Assembly (NCBI RefSeq): GCF_056746865.1
Contig: NZ_CM163382.1
DNA: 64,000 nucleotides
Direction: 5' to 3' (one strand)
In this document: one piece after another, positions 33,175 to 51,577 of the stretch
How the letters are laid out: each line of letters starts with the position of its first letter
Position numbering within the stretch: the first letter of the stretch is position 1
The notes under the pieces: generated by a model
Database searches by the model: none
The model's input: the letters and a program-made list of their open reading frames with translations, nothing else
Told to the model about the DNA's origin: nothing
Translations under genes and position numbers: made by a program

Positions 33175-33261
33175 TGCGACGCTTGTTTCGCCAGATAATG
33201 GAAGAGTGAATTATTGTCGGATGTGCCCAATGGCGCATCCGACATTTATTTCAGTGCTAAT

Positions 33262-33873
33262 TTAAACTGAAGGTTCAACTTTATAATCTTTGTAATAATA
33301 GTGCTTATCCCGGTCGTTTATTTCGCGAATAACCCGGCAAGGAACGCCAGCAGCCACGACGTTTGGTGGAATGTCTTTTATGACGACACTACCCGCGCCA
33401 ATAACAGAATTATCCCCGATGGTGACGCCTGGATTAATGACCACATGACTTCCGATCCAGACGTTATTGCCAATCGTTATCGGAAAAGAGTACATCTCAC
33501 CGTTTTTTCTTAATTCATGGTGTACCGGGTGTCCCGTAACGGAAAGAGTAACGTTGGGTGCAATCAGTACGTTATCACCGATTGTTACCGTGTAGTCATC
33601 GACAATGGTTAAATTAAAATTTGCATAAAAATTGCGGCCTATATGGATGTTGGAACCGTAAGAGAAATAGACGGGAGGTTCTACCCAGGCGTTTTCCCCT
33701 ACCGTGGCAAACATTTCTTTAATCAGGCTTTCTCTTTTTTCAACTTCTGATGGATGCGAGTGATTAAACTCATACATTAACGTTTTCCCACGAAGTCTTT
33801 TTTCCGGTAAGCCTTCGCACATATCGGTAAATAGCTTGCCTGCTTTTATTCTTTCGGTCATTGGCATGTTCAT
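33262..33873 (-). CDS. lacA: galactoside O-acetyltransferase
   Basis: ORF track frame 33262..33924; start set to MNMPMTERI... (203 aa); hexapeptide-repeat acetyltransferase. Confidence 0.95.
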   Translation of the reverse strand: MNMPMTERIKAGKLFTDMCEGLPEKRLRGKTLMYEFNHSHPSEVEKRESLIKEMFATVGENAWVEPPVYFSYGSNIHIGRNFYANFNLTIVDDYTVTIGDNVLIAPNVTLSVTGHPVHHELRKNGEMYSFPITIGNNVWIGSHVVINPGVTIGDNSVIGAGSVVIKDIPPNVVAAGVPCRVIREINDRDKHYYYKDYKVEPSV

Positions 33874-33897
33874 TGCGATCATTCCGTTATGATATGT

Positions 33898-33932
33898 TGG
33901 TCGGATAAGGCGCTCGCGCCGCATCCGACATT
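33898..33932. repeat. REP palindrome between lacY and lacA
   Basis: ggtcggataaggcgctcgcgccgcatccgaca. Confidence 0.6.
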
Positions 33933-33938
33933 GATTGC

Positions 33939-35237
<1,299 letters not shown>

Positions 35238-35243
35238 TTATTA

Positions 35244-38356
<3,113 letters not shown>

Positions 38357-38362
38357 CCACAC

Positions 38363-38392
38363 AACATACGAGCCGGACGCATAAAGTGTAAA
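38363..38392 (-). promoter_or_regulatory. lac promoter (-35 TTTACA, 18-bp spacer, -10 TATGTT)
   Basis: Reverse complement reads tttacactttatgcGtccggctcgtatgtt. Confidence 0.9.
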
Positions 38393-38409
38393 GCCTGGGG
38401 TGCCTAATG

Positions 38410-38425
38410 AGTGAGCTGACTCACA
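38410..38425 (-). promoter_or_regulatory. CRP (CAP) binding site of the lac promoter
   Basis: Reverse complement TGTGAGTCAGCTCACT (K-12 has TGTGAGTTAGCTCACT). Confidence 0.85.
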
Positions 38426-38427
38426 TT

Positions 38428-38448
38428 AATTGCGTTGCGCTCACTGCC
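38428..38448 (-). promoter_or_regulatory. lac auxiliary operator O3, overlapping lacI 3' end
   Basis: Reverse complement GGCAGTGAGCGCAACGCAATT. Confidence 0.8.
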
Positions 38449-39523
38449 CGCTTTCGAGTCGGGAAATTTGTCGCGCCAGCTGCATTAAAGAATCTGCCAA
38501 CGCCTGGGGAGAAGCGGTTTGCGTATTGGGCGGAAGGGTGGTTTTTCTTTTCACCAGTGAGACGGGCAACAGCTGATTGCCCTTCACCGCCTGGCCCTGA
38601 GAGAGTTGCAGCAAGCGGTCCACGCTGGTTTGCCCCAGCAGGCGAAAATCCTGTTTGATGGTGGTTAACGGCGGGATATAACACGAGCTGTCTTCGGTAT
38701 CGTCGTATCCCACTACCGAGATATCCGCACCAACGTGCAGCCCGGACTCGGTAATGGCGCGCATTGCGCCCAGCGCCATCTGATCGTTGGCAACCAGCAT
38801 CGCAGTAGGAACGATGTCCTCATTCAGCATTTGCATGGTTTGTTGAAAACCGGACATGGCACTCCAGTCGCCTTCCCGTTCCGCTATCGGCTGAATTTGA
38901 TTGCGAGTGAGATATTTATGCCAGCCCGCCAGGCGCAGACGTGCCGAGACAGAACTTAATGGACCTGCTAACAGCGCGATTTGCTGGTGACCCAATGCGA
39001 CCAGATGCTCCACGCCCAGTCGCGTACCGTCTTCATGGGAGAAAATAATACTGTTGATGGGTGTCTGGTCAGAGACATCAAGAAATAAAGCCGGAACATT
39101 AGTGCAGGCAGCTTCCACAGCAATGGCATCCTGGTCATCCAGCGGATAGTTAATGATCAGCCCACTGACGCGTTGCGCGAGAAGATTGTGCACCGCCGCT
39201 TTACAGGCTTCGACGCCGCTTCGTTCTACCATCGACACCACCACGCTGGCACCCAGTTGATCGGCGCGAGATTTAATCGCCGCGACAATTTGCGACGGCG
39301 CGTGCAGGGCCAGACTGGAGGTGGCAACGCCAATCAGCAACGACTGCTTGCCCGCCAGTTGTTGTGCCACGCGGTTGGGAATGTAATTCAGCTCCGCCAT
39401 CGCCGCTTCTACTTTTTCCCGCGTTTTCGCAGAAACGTGGCTGGCCTGGTTCACCACGCGGGAAACGGTCTGATAAGAGACACCGGCATACTCTGCGACA
39501 TCGTATAGCGTTACTGGTTTCAC
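38441..39523 (-). CDS. lacI: lactose operon repressor
   Basis: ORF track frame 38441..39532; start set to GTG 39523 (VKPVTLYDVAEYAGVSYQTVSRVVNQ..., 360 aa). Confidence 0.98.
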   Translation of the reverse strand: MKPVTLYDVAEYAGVSYQTVSRVVNQASHVSAKTREKVEAAMAELNYIPNRVAQQLAGKQSLLIGVATSSLALHAPSQIVAAIKSRADQLGASVVVSMVERSGVEACKAAVHNLLAQRVSGLIINYPLDDQDAIAVEAACTNVPALFLDVSDQTPINSIIFSHEDGTRLGVEHLVALGHQQIALLAGPLSSVSARLRLAGWHKYLTRNQIQPIAEREGDWSAMSGFQQTMQMLNEDIVPTAMLVANDQMALGAMRAITESGLHVGADISVVGYDDTEDSSCYIPPLTTIKQDFRLLGQTSVDRLLQLSQGQAVKGNQLLPVSLVKRKTTLPPNTQTASPQALADSLMQLARQISRLESGQ

Positions 39524-39599
39524 ATTCACCACCCTGAATTGACTCTCTTCCGGGCGCTATCATGCCATACCGCGAAAGGTTTTGCGCCATTCGATGGTG

Positions 39600-40433
39600 T
39601 CAACGTAAATGCATGCCGCTTCGCCGTCCGGCCACCAGAATAGCCTGCGATTCAACCCCTTCTTCGATCTGTTTTGCCACCCGTTGTAGCGCCGGAAGAT
39701 GCTTTTCCGCTGCCTGTTCAATGGTCATTGCGCTCGCCATATACACCAGATTCAGACAGCCAATCACCCGTTGTTCACTGCGCAGCGGTACGGCAATAGA
39801 GGCGATCTTTTCTTCTTGATCCCAGCCGCGGTAGTTCTGTCCGTACCCCTCTTTGCGCGCGCGCGCCAGAATGGCTTCCAGCTTTAACGGTTCCCGTGCC
39901 AGTTGATAGTCATCACCGGGGCGGGAGGCTAACATCTCGATTAATTCCTTGCGTTCTTGTTCCGGGCAAAAGGCCAGCCAGGTCAGGCCCGAGGCGGTTT
40001 TCAGGAGCGGTAAACGTCGCCCGACCATTGCCCGGTGAAAGGATAAGCGGCTGAAACGGTGAGTGGTTTCGCGTACCACCATTGCATCAACATCCAGCGT
40101 GGACACATCTGTCGGCCATACCACTTCGCGCAACAGATCGCCCAGCAGTGGGGCCGCCAGTGCAGAAATCCACTGTTCGTCACGAAATCCTTCGCTTAAT
40201 TGCCGCACTTTGATGGTCAGACGAAAACTGTCATCGGAGGGACTACGCCGGACATATCCCTCTTCCTGCAGCGTCTCCAGCAGTCGCCGCACAGTGGTGC
40301 GATGCAGGCCGCTGAGTTCCGCCAGCAGCCCGACGCTGGCACCGCCATCAAGTTTATTTAACATATTTAATAACATTAGACCGCGGGTTAAGCCGCGCAC
40401 GGTTTTGTATTCCGTCTGCTCATTGTTCTGCAT
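39600..40433 (-). CDS. mhpR: IclR-family activator of the mhp operon
   Basis: ORF track frame 39600..40547; start set to MQNNEQTEYKTVRGL (277 aa). Confidence 0.9.
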   Translation of the reverse strand: MQNNEQTEYKTVRGLTRGLMLLNMLNKLDGGASVGLLAELSGLHRTTVRRLLETLQEEGYVRRSPSDDSFRLTIKVRQLSEGFRDEQWISALAAPLLGDLLREVVWPTDVSTLDVDAMVVRETTHRFSRLSFHRAMVGRRLPLLKTASGLTWLAFCPEQERKELIEMLASRPGDDYQLAREPLKLEAILARARKEGYGQNYRGWDQEEKIASIAVPLRSEQRVIGCLNLVYMASAMTIEQAAEKHLPALQRVAKQIEEGVESQAILVAGRRSGMHLR

Positions 40434-40623
40434 ATTAATTGACATTTCTATAGTTAAAACAACGTTGTGCACCTGGTGCACATTCGGGCATGTTTTGATT
40501 GTAGCCGAAAACACCCTTCCTATACTGAGCGCACAATAAAAAATCATTTACATGTTTTTAACAAAATAAGTTGCGCTGTACTGTGCGCGCAACGGCATTT
40601 TGTCCGAGTCGTGAGGTACTGAA

Positions 40624-42288
40624 ATGGCAATACAACACCCTGACATCCAGCCTGCTGTTAACCATAGCGTTCAGGTGGCGATCGCTGGTGCCGGTCCGGT
40701 CGGGCTGATGATGGCGAACTATCTCGGCCAGATGGGCATTGACGTGCTGGTGGTGGAGAAACTCGATAAGTTGATCGACTACCCGCGGGCGATTGGTATT
40801 GATGACGAGGCGCTGCGCACCATGCAGTCGGTTGGCCTGGTCGATAATGTTCTGCCGCACACTACGCCGTGGCACGCGATGCGTTTTCTCACCCCGAAAG
40901 GCCGCTGTTTTGCTGATATTCAGCCAATGACCGATGAATTTGGCTGGCCGCGCCGTAACGCCTTTATTCAGCCTCAGGTCGATGCGGTGATGCTGGAAGG
41001 ATTGTCGCGTTTTCCGAATGTGCGCTGCCTGTTTTCCCGCGAGCTGGAGGCCTTCAGCCAGCAAGATGACGAAGTGACCTTGCACCTGAAAACGGAAGAA
41101 GGGCAGCGGGAAACGGTCAAAGCCCAGTGGCTGGTGGCCTGTGATGGTGGGGCAAGTTTTGTCCGTCGCACCCTGAATGTGCCGTTTGAAGGTAAAACTG
41201 CGCCAAATCAGTGGATTGTGGTAGATATCGCCAACGATCCGTTAAGTACGCCCCATATCTATTTGTGTTGTGATCCGGTGCGCCCGTATGTTTCTGCCGC
41301 GCTGCCTCATGCGGTACGTCGCTTTGAATTTATGGTGATGCCGGGAGAAACCGAAGAACAGCTGCGTGAGCCGCAAAATATGCGCAAGCTGTTAAGCAAA
41401 GTGCTGCCTAATCCGGACAATGTTGAATTGATTCGCCAGCGTGTCTATACCCATAACGCGCGACTGGCGCAACGTTTCCGTATTGATCGCGTACTGCTGG
41501 CGGGCGATGCCGCGCACATCATGCCGGTGTGGCAGGGGCAGGGCTATAACAGTGGTATGCGCGACGCCTTTAACCTCGCATGGAAACTGGCGTTGGTTAT
41601 CCAGGGGAAAGCCCGTGATGCGCTGCTCGATACCTATCAACAAGAACGTCGCGATCACGCCAAAGCGATGATTGACCTGTCCGTGACGGCGGGCAACGTG
41701 CTGGCTCCGCCGAAACGCTGGCAGGGTACGTTACGTGACGGCGTTTCCTGGCTGTTGAATTATCTGCCGCCAGTAAAACGCTACTTCCTCGAAATGCGCT
41801 TCAAGCCGATGCCGCAATATTACGGCGGTGCGCTGGTGCGTGAGGGCGAAGCGAAGCACTCTCCGGTCGGCAAGATGTTTATTCAGCCGAAAGTCACGCT
41901 GGAAAACGGCGACGTGACGCTGCTCGATAACGCGATCGGCGCGAACTTCGCGGTAATTGGCTGGGGATGCAATCCACTGTGGGGGATGAGCGACGAGCAA
42001 ATCCAGCAGTGGCGCGCGTTGGGCACACGCTTCATTCAGGTGGTGCCGGAAGTGCAAATTCATACCGCACAGGATAACCACGACGGCGTACTACGCGTGG
42101 GCGATACGCAAGGTCGCCTGCGTAGCTGGTTCGCGCAACACAATGCTTCGCTGGTGGTGATGCGCCCGGATCGCTTTGTTGCCGCCACCGCCATTCCGCA
42201 AACCCTGGGCAAGACCCTGAATAAACTGGCGTCGGTGATGACGCTGACCCGCCCTGATGCCGACGTTTCTGTCGAAAAGGTAGCCTGA
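40624..42288 (+). CDS. mhpA: 3-(3-hydroxyphenyl)propionate hydroxylase (FAD monooxygenase)
   Basis: ORF track 554 aa; FAD-binding GAGPVG. Confidence 0.95.
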   Translation: MAIQHPDIQPAVNHSVQVAIAGAGPVGLMMANYLGQMGIDVLVVEKLDKLIDYPRAIGIDDEALRTMQSVGLVDNVLPHTTPWHAMRFLTPKGRCFADIQPMTDEFGWPRRNAFIQPQVDAVMLEGLSRFPNVRCLFSRELEAFSQQDDEVTLHLKTEEGQRETVKAQWLVACDGGASFVRRTLNVPFEGKTAPNQWIVVDIANDPLSTPHIYLCCDPVRPYVSAALPHAVRRFEFMVMPGETEEQLREPQNMRKLLSKVLPNPDNVELIRQRVYTHNARLAQRFRIDRVLLAGDAAHIMPVWQGQGYNSGMRDAFNLAWKLALVIQGKARDALLDTYQQERRDHAKAMIDLSVTAGNVLAPPKRWQGTLRDGVSWLLNYLPPVKRYFLEMRFKPMPQYYGGALVREGEAKHSPVGKMFIQPKVTLENGDVTLLDNAIGANFAVIGWGCNPLWGMSDEQIQQWRALGTRFIQVVPEVQIHTAQDNHDGVLRVGDTQGRLRSWFAQHNASLVVMRPDRFVAATAIPQTLGKTLNKLASVMTLTRPDADVSVEKVA

Positions 42289-42289
42289 T

Positions 42290-43234
42290 ATGCACGCTTA
42301 TCTTCACTGTCTTTCCCACTCGCCGCTGGTGGGGTATGTCGACCCGGCGCAAGAGGTGCTCGATGAGGTCAATGGCGTGATTGCCAGCGCCCGCGAGCGT
42401 ATTGCGGCTTTCTCCCCTGAACTGGTGGTGCTGTTTGCGCCAGATCACTACAACGGCTTTTTCTATGACGTGATGCCACCGTTCTGTTTAGGCGTTGGAG
42501 CGACGGCAATTGGTGATTTCGGTAGTGCGGCAGGAGAGCTGCCCGTGCCTGTTGAGCTGGCGGAGGCCTGTGCGCATGCCGTCATGAAGAGCGGGATCGA
42601 TCTTGCCGTTTCTTACTGTATGCAGGTGGACCACGGGTTCGCCCAGCCGCTGGAGTTCCTGCTCGGCGGGCTGGATAAGGTGCCGGTTTTGCCTGTGTTC
42701 ATCAACGGTGTCGCCACGCCGTTGCCCGGTTTCCAGCGTACCCGCATGTTGGGTGAAGCCATTGGACGTTTCACCAGTACTCTCAATAAACGCGTGCTGT
42801 TCCTGGGTTCCGGTGGGCTTTCCCATCAGCCGCCGGTGCCAGAACTGGCGAAAGCCGATGCCCATATGCGCGACCGTCTGTTGGGGAGCGGGAAAGATTT
42901 ACCCGCCAGTGAGCGCGAATTGCGTCAGCAACGGGTGATTAGCGCCGCTGAGAAGTTTGTTGAGGATCAGAGAACGCTGCATCCCCTCAACCCGATTTGG
43001 GATAACCAGTTCATGACTTTGCTGGAGCAGGGACGCATACAGGAACTGGATGCCGTCAGTAACGAAGAGCTTTCCGCCATTGCCGGAAAGTCGACACATG
43101 AAATCAAAACCTGGGTCGCCGCTTTTGCCGCTATTTCTGCGTTTGGCAACTGGCGTAGCGAAGGGCGTTATTACCGCCCAATCCCGGAGTGGATTGCCGG
43201 ATTTGGCTCGTTAAGCGCCAGAACAGAGAACTGA
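42290..43234 (+). CDS. mhpB: 2,3-dihydroxyphenylpropionate 1,2-dioxygenase (extradiol)
   Basis: ORF track 314 aa. Confidence 0.95.
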
Positions 43235-43251
43235 ATATGCAGGAGAAGATG

Positions 43252-44118
43252 ATGAGTTATCAGCCACAAACCGAAGCCGCCACCAGTCGTTTTCTGAATG
43301 TAGAAGAAGCGGGTAAAACGCTGCGCATCCATTTTAATGACTGCGGACAAGGCGACGAAACTGTTGTCCTGCTGCATGGTTCCGGCCCGGGTGCTACTGG
43401 CTGGGCGAACTTCAGCCGCAATATCGATCCGCTGGTAGAGGCGGGCTATCGGGTGATCCTGCTGGATTGTCCGGGTTGGGGTAAGAGCGATTCGATCGTT
43501 AATAGTGGTTCGCGATCGGATCTTAATGCGCGAATCCTGAAAAGCGTGGTGGATCAACTGGATATCGCCAAAATCCACCTGCTGGGCAACTCGATGGGCG
43601 GCCACAGTTCTGTGGCGTTCACTCTTAACTGGCCGGAGCGCGTCGGCAAACTGGTGCTGATGGGCGGCGGTACGGGCGGCATGAGTTTGTTTACGCCGAT
43701 GCCAACCGAAGGTATTAAGCGACTGAATCAGCTTTATCGTCAGCCGACTATCGAAAACCTGAAGCTGATGATGGATATCTTCGTTTTTGATACCAGCGAT
43801 TTGACCGACGCCCTGTTTGAAGCGCGCCTGAATAATATGCTGTCGCGCCGCGATCACCTGGAAAACTTCGTTAAGAGCCTGGAAGCCAATCCGAAACAGT
43901 TCCCGGATTTTGGCCCACGTCTGGCGGAAATCAAAGCGCAAACCCTGATTGTCTGGGGGCGCAACGACCGCTTTGTGCCGATGGATGCGGGTCTGCGTCT
44001 GCTGTCCGGCATTGCCGGTTCTGAACTGCATATCTTCCGCGACTGTGGTCACTGGGCGCAGTGGGAACATGCCGACGCTTTCAATCAACTGGTGCTGAAT
44101 TTCCTCGCACGCCCTTAA
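43252..44118 (+). CDS. mhpC: 2-hydroxy-6-ketonona-2,4-dienedioate hydrolase (alpha/beta hydrolase)
   Basis: ORF track frame 43189..44118; start set to [14 protein letters not shown] (288 aa); GNSMGG nucleophile elbow. Confidence 0.9.
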
Positions 44119-45880
<1,762 letters not shown>

Positions 45881-45884
<4 letters not shown>

Positions 45885-46894
45885 ACGGTAAAAAACTTTA
45901 TATTTCGGACGTCACGTTGCGTGACGGTATGCACGCCATTCGTCATCAGTATTCGCTGGAAAATGTCCGCCAGATTGCCAAAGCACTGGACGATGCCCGC
46001 GTGGATTCGATTGAAGTGGCCCACGGCGACGGTTTGCAAGGTTCCAGCTTTAACTATGGTTTCGGCGCACATAGCGACCTAGAATGGATTGAAGCAGCGG
46101 CGGATGTGGTGAAGCACGCCAAAATCGCGACGTTGTTGCTGCCAGGAATCGGCACTATTCACGATCTGAAAAATGCCTGGCAGGCTGGCGCGCGGGTGGT
46201 TCGTGTGGCAACGCACTGTACCGAAGCTGATGTTTCCGCCCAGCATATTCAGTATGCCCGCGAGCTCGGAATGGACACCGTTGGTTTTCTGATGATGAGC
46301 CATATGACCACGCCGGAGAATCTCGCAAAGCAGGCAAAGCTGATGGAAGGCTACGGTGCGACCTGTATTTATGTGGTGGATTCTGGCGGTGCGATGAACA
46401 TGAGCGATATCCGTGACCGTTTCCGCGCCCTGAAAGCAGAGCTGAAACCAGAAACGCAAACCGGCATGCACGCTCACCATAACCTGAGTCTTGGCGTGGC
46501 GAACTCTATCGCGGCGGTGGAAGAGGGCTGTGACCGAATCGACGCCAGCCTCGCGGGAATGGGAGCGGGCGCAGGTAACGCGCCGCTGGAAGTATTTATT
46601 GCCGCCGCGGATAAACTGGGTTGGCAGCATGGGACCGATCTCTATGCGTTAATGGATGCCGCTGACGACCTGGTGCGTCCGTTGCAGGATCGACCGGTAC
46701 GAGTCGATCGCGAAACGCTGGCGCTGGGATACGCTGGTGTTTACTCCAGCTTCCTGCGTCACTGTGAAACGGCGGCGGCGCGTTATGGCTTAAGCGCGGT
46801 GGATATTCTCGTTGAGTTGGGCAAACGCCGGATGGTTGGCGGTCAGGAGGATATGATCGTCGATGTGGCGCTGGATCTGCGCAACAACAAATAA
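45881..46894 (+). CDS. mhpE: 4-hydroxy-2-oxovalerate aldolase
   Basis: ORF track 337 aa; 4-bp overlap with mhpF. Confidence 0.95.
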
Positions 46895-46924
46895 TGATGA
46901 CTGCCGAGAACGTGCATTTTGTAT

Positions 46925-46990
<66 letters not shown>

Positions 46991-47069
46991 CAGTCATTAA
47001 ATGGTTCTGATTACGCGGCTGACAATGTATCAGCCGCGATTCACCTGCACTCGCAACGAGGTTCATCTT

Positions 47070-48281
47070 ATGTCGACTCGTACCCCTTCATCATCTTCAA
47101 CCCGCCTGATGCTGACCATCGGGCTTTGTTTTTTGGTCGCTCTGATGGAAGGGCTGGATCTTCAGGCGGCTGGCATTGCGGCGGGTGGCATCGCCCAGGC
47201 TTTCGCACTCGATAAAATGCAAATGGGCTGGATATTCAGCGCCGGAATACTCGGTTTGCTACCCGGCGCGCTGGTTGGCGGAATGCTGGCGGACCGTTAT
47301 GGTCGTAAGCGTATTTTAATTAGCTCAGTTGCGCTGTTTGGTTTGTTCTCACTGGCAACGGCGATTGCCTGGGATTTCCCCTCACTGGTCTTTGCGCGAC
47401 TGATTACCGGTGTCGGGCTGGGGGCGGCGTTGCCGAATCTGATCGCCCTGACGTCTGAAGCCGCGGGGCCACGTTTTCGTGGGACGGCAGTGAGCCTGAT
47501 GTATTGCGGTGTTCCCATTGGCGCGGCGCTGGCGGCGACACTGGGTTTCGCGGGGGCAAACTTAGCATGGCAAACGGTGTTTTGGGTAGGTGGTGTGGTG
47601 CCGTTGATTCTGGTGCCGCTATTAATGCGCTGGCTGCCGGAGTCGGCGGTGTTCGCTGGCGAAAAACAGGCCGCGCCTCCACTGCGTGCGTTATTTGCGC
47701 CAGAAACGGCAACCGCGACGCTGCTGCTGTGGTTGTGTTATTTCTTCACTCTGCTGGTGGTCTACATGTTGATCAACTGGCTACCGCTGCTTTTGGTGGA
47801 GCAAGGATTCCAGCCATCGCAGGCGGCAGGGGTGATGTTTGCACTGCAAATGGGTGCGGCAAGCGGGACGTTAATGTTGGGCGCATTGATGGATAAGCTG
47901 CGTCCAGTAACCATGTCGCTACTGATTTATAGCGGCATGTTAGCTTCGCTGCTGGCGCTGGGAACGGTGTCGTCATTTAACGGTATGTTGCTGGCGGGAT
48001 TCGTCGCGGGGTTGTTTGCGACAGGTGGGCAAAGCGTTTTGTATGCCCTGGCACCGTTGTTTTACAGTTCGCAGATCCGCGCAACAGGTGTGGGAACAGC
48101 CGTGGCGGTAGGGCGTCTGGGGGCTATGAGCGGTCCGTTACTGGCCGGGAAAATGCTGGCATTAGGCACTGGCACGGTTGGCGTAATGGCCGCTTCTGCG
48201 CCGGGTATTCTTGTTGCTGGCCTGGCAGTGTTTATTTTGATGAGCCGGAGATCACGAATGCAGCCGTGCGCCGATGCCTGA
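47070..48281 (+). CDS. mhpT: MFS transporter for 3-hydroxyphenylpropionate
   Basis: ORF track frame 47001..48281; start set to MSTRTPSSSSTRL (403 aa). Confidence 0.85.
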   Translation: MSTRTPSSSSTRLMLTIGLCFLVALMEGLDLQAAGIAAGGIAQAFALDKMQMGWIFSAGILGLLPGALVGGMLADRYGRKRILISSVALFGLFSLATAIAWDFPSLVFARLITGVGLGAALPNLIALTSEAAGPRFRGTAVSLMYCGVPIGAALAATLGFAGANLAWQTVFWVGGVVPLILVPLLMRWLPESAVFAGEKQAAPPLRALFAPETATATLLLWLCYFFTLLVVYMLINWLPLLLVEQGFQPSQAAGVMFALQMGAASGTLMLGALMDKLRPVTMSLLIYSGMLASLLALGTVSSFNGMLLAGFVAGLFATGGQSVLYALAPLFYSSQIRATGVGTAVAVGRLGAMSGPLLAGKMLALGTGTVGVMAASAPGILVAGLAVFILMSRRSRMQPCADA

Positions 48282-48381
48282 CGCGCCTTATTAAGCAGGG
48301 ACGAAAGGGACTTGCCCCAATACACCTACGGCGTTTACAGGTATACTCGCTAAAAATTATTCAGCGGGTTTGGAAACAAAG

Positions 48382-48921
48382 ATGGCAAAACTTACCTTAC
48401 AAGAGCAGTTGCTCAAAGCAGGATTAGTCACCAGCAAAAAAGCGGCGAAGGTCGAGAGAACGGCGAAAAAATCGCGCGTTCAGGCGCGTGAAGCTCGGGC
48501 GGCGGTAGAAGAAAATAAAAAGGCACAGCTTGAACGTGATAAACAGCTTAGCGAGCAGCAAAAACAAGCGGCGTTGGCGAAAGAATATAAAGCTCAGGTG
48601 AAGCAGCTCATTGAAATGAACCGAATCACCATTGTTAATGGCGATATTGGTTTTAACTTCACTGACGGTAATCTGATTAAGAAAATCTTTGTCGATAAGC
48701 TCACGCAAGCGCAGTTAATTAATGGTCGTCTGGCGATTGCCCGCTTGTTGCTCGATAACAATAGCGAAGGTGAATACGCCATTATTCCCGCCAGCGTTGC
48801 CGATAAAATTGCTCAGCGTGATGCCAGCAGTATTGTGTTGCACAGCGCGCTCAGTGCCGAAGAGCAGGATGAAGACGATCCGTATGCCGACTTCAAAGTG
48901 CCTGATGATTTGATGTGGTAA
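48382..48921 (+). CDS. yaiL: DUF2058-family protein
   Basis: ORF track frame 48370..48921; start set to MAKLTLQEQLL (179 aa); lysine/glutamate-rich. Confidence 0.8.
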   Translation: MAKLTLQEQLLKAGLVTSKKAAKVERTAKKSRVQAREARAAVEENKKAQLERDKQLSEQQKQAALAKEYKAQVKQLIEMNRITIVNGDIGFNFTDGNLIKKIFVDKLTQAQLINGRLAIARLLLDNNSEGEYAIIPASVADKIAQRDASSIVLHSALSAEEQDEDDPYADFKVPDDLMW

Positions 48922-48929
48922 ACATAGAT

Positions 48930-49040
48930 AAGTCGTGCGCAGATGCCTGATGCGACGCTATGCGCGTCTTATCATGCCTACGGCCTGCGGGCGAAATGTA
49001 GGCGGATAAGGCGTTCACGCCGCATCCGGCAGTCGTGCAC
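48930..49040. repeat. REP palindrome cluster between yaiL and frmB
   Basis: gcagatgcctgatgcgacgctatgcgcgtcttatcatgcctacgg ... ggcggataaggcgttcacgccgcatccggcag. Confidence 0.65.
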
Positions 49041-49045
49041 TATTA

Positions 49046-49879
49046 TTAACGCATATTCAGTTTATTGGCGTGATAGGCAATATGCTCGCCAATAAAACTG
49101 GAGACAAAATAATAGCTGTGATCATAACCCTCGTGATAACGGATTAACGTCTTGATATTCATCTCCTGGCAGATCTTTTCAAGATTTGGAGTCCGCAGCT
49201 GTTCTGCGTAAAAATCATCACTCAACCCCTGATCAACCATGATTTCCGCAACGCGTTGACCTTGTGAAATAAGGCTCACCGGGTCGTAATCCAACCAGGC
49301 TTCTTTATTTTCACCAAGATATGCGGTAAAGGCTTGCTGTCCCCACGGTACTTGCGATGGGGAGACAATGGGCGAAAACGCTGAGACGCTGACATATTCA
49401 TCTGGATTACGTAACGCCAGCACCAGTGCGCCCAGCCCGCCCATAGAATGACCTGAGATAGACTTTCTGGCCGTTGCCGGAAAATGTTGCATCACTAAAT
49501 CCGGCAGCTCGTTGCGGATATAGTCATACATTTTGTAATGTTCATTCCACGGCGCTTGCGTTGCGTTCAGGTAAAACCCGGCACCTTGCCCGAGATCGTA
49601 ACGGTCAGCATCTGCGACATGACTGCCTCGCGGACTGGTGTCCGGCGCAACAACAATAATGTTGTGCTCAGCCGCGTAACGTTGCATCCCCGATTTAGTA
49701 ATGAAATTCTGCTCGTTGCAAGTCAGCCCTGAAAGCCAGTACAACACCGGCAATTTTTCACTTGCGGCTTTTGGTGGGAGATAGACGCCGACATTCATTT
49801 CACATTTCAGTGATGGGGAATAATGCCGATACACATTTTGCCAGCCGCCAAAGCTGGCATGTTTTTCAATGAGTTCCAT
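49046..49879 (-). CDS. frmB: S-formylglutathione hydrolase
   Basis: ORF track 277 aa; esterase D family, GHSMGG. Confidence 0.95.
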   Translation of the reverse strand: MELIEKHASFGGWQNVYRHYSPSLKCEMNVGVYLPPKAASEKLPVLYWLSGLTCNEQNFITKSGMQRYAAEHNIIVVAPDTSPRGSHVADADRYDLGQGAGFYLNATQAPWNEHYKMYDYIRNELPDLVMQHFPATARKSISGHSMGGLGALVLALRNPDEYVSVSAFSPIVSPSQVPWGQQAFTAYLGENKEAWLDYDPVSLISQGQRVAEIMVDQGLSDDFYAEQLRTPNLEKICQEMNIKTLIRYHEGYDHSYYFVSSFIGEHIAYHANKLNMR

Positions 49880-49970
49880 CAGTCATTATCTCACGGTTAA
49901 TCCCCCGGACGGCTGCCCGGGGAGAGTATTAAGAACCCCGTCTGAACTGGACGGGTAAACCTGCGGGAAA

Positions 49971-51110
<1,140 letters not shown>

Positions 51111-51114
51111 TCAG

Positions 51115-51390
51115 CTATTTAAGATAGGCACGAACCAGTTCAATAGTGTCGTCAACGGATTGGCTGACTTCGCGGCTGTAGCAGTCATTTCGGTCAAACG
51201 TTTCCCGGATATGGCTTTCAAGCACTTCTGCCATCAGCCCGTTAGCCGCGCCCCGAACGGCAGCGATCTGTTGGAGTATGGCACGGCATTCGGCATCACC
51301 CTCCAGCGACCGTTCCAGAGCATCAATCTGCCCCCGAATACGACGAACTCGAGTAAGGACCTTTTTCTTCTCTTCCGGAGTACTGGGCAT
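51115..51390 (-). CDS. frmR: formaldehyde-responsive repressor (RcnR/CsoR family)
   Basis: ORF track frame 51115..51411; start set to [21 protein letters not shown] (91 aa). Confidence 0.9.
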
Positions 51391-51416
51391 TTCGCACCTC
51401 ATCATCTGCACGCAAT

Positions 51417-51465
51417 ATACTATAGGGGGGTATGCTATATGTCAATGCATACCCCCCTATAGTAT
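51417..51465 (-). promoter_or_regulatory. candidate FrmR operator: perfect 19-bp inverted repeat with G6/C6 tracts, 11-bp spacer
   Basis: atactataggggggtatgc tatatgtcaat gcatacccccctatagtat, 27-75 bp upstream of frmR ATG. Confidence 0.75.
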
Positions 51466-51577
51466 ATAACACTGGAGAATAAAATTTATCCGGTGAATGT
51501 GGTCGGAAAACAAAGAGGAAAGGGGGTGGGGCTAATCGGCAGGGAAGGCCGCCCCGGATAGCGGGCGGCAGAAGCAA

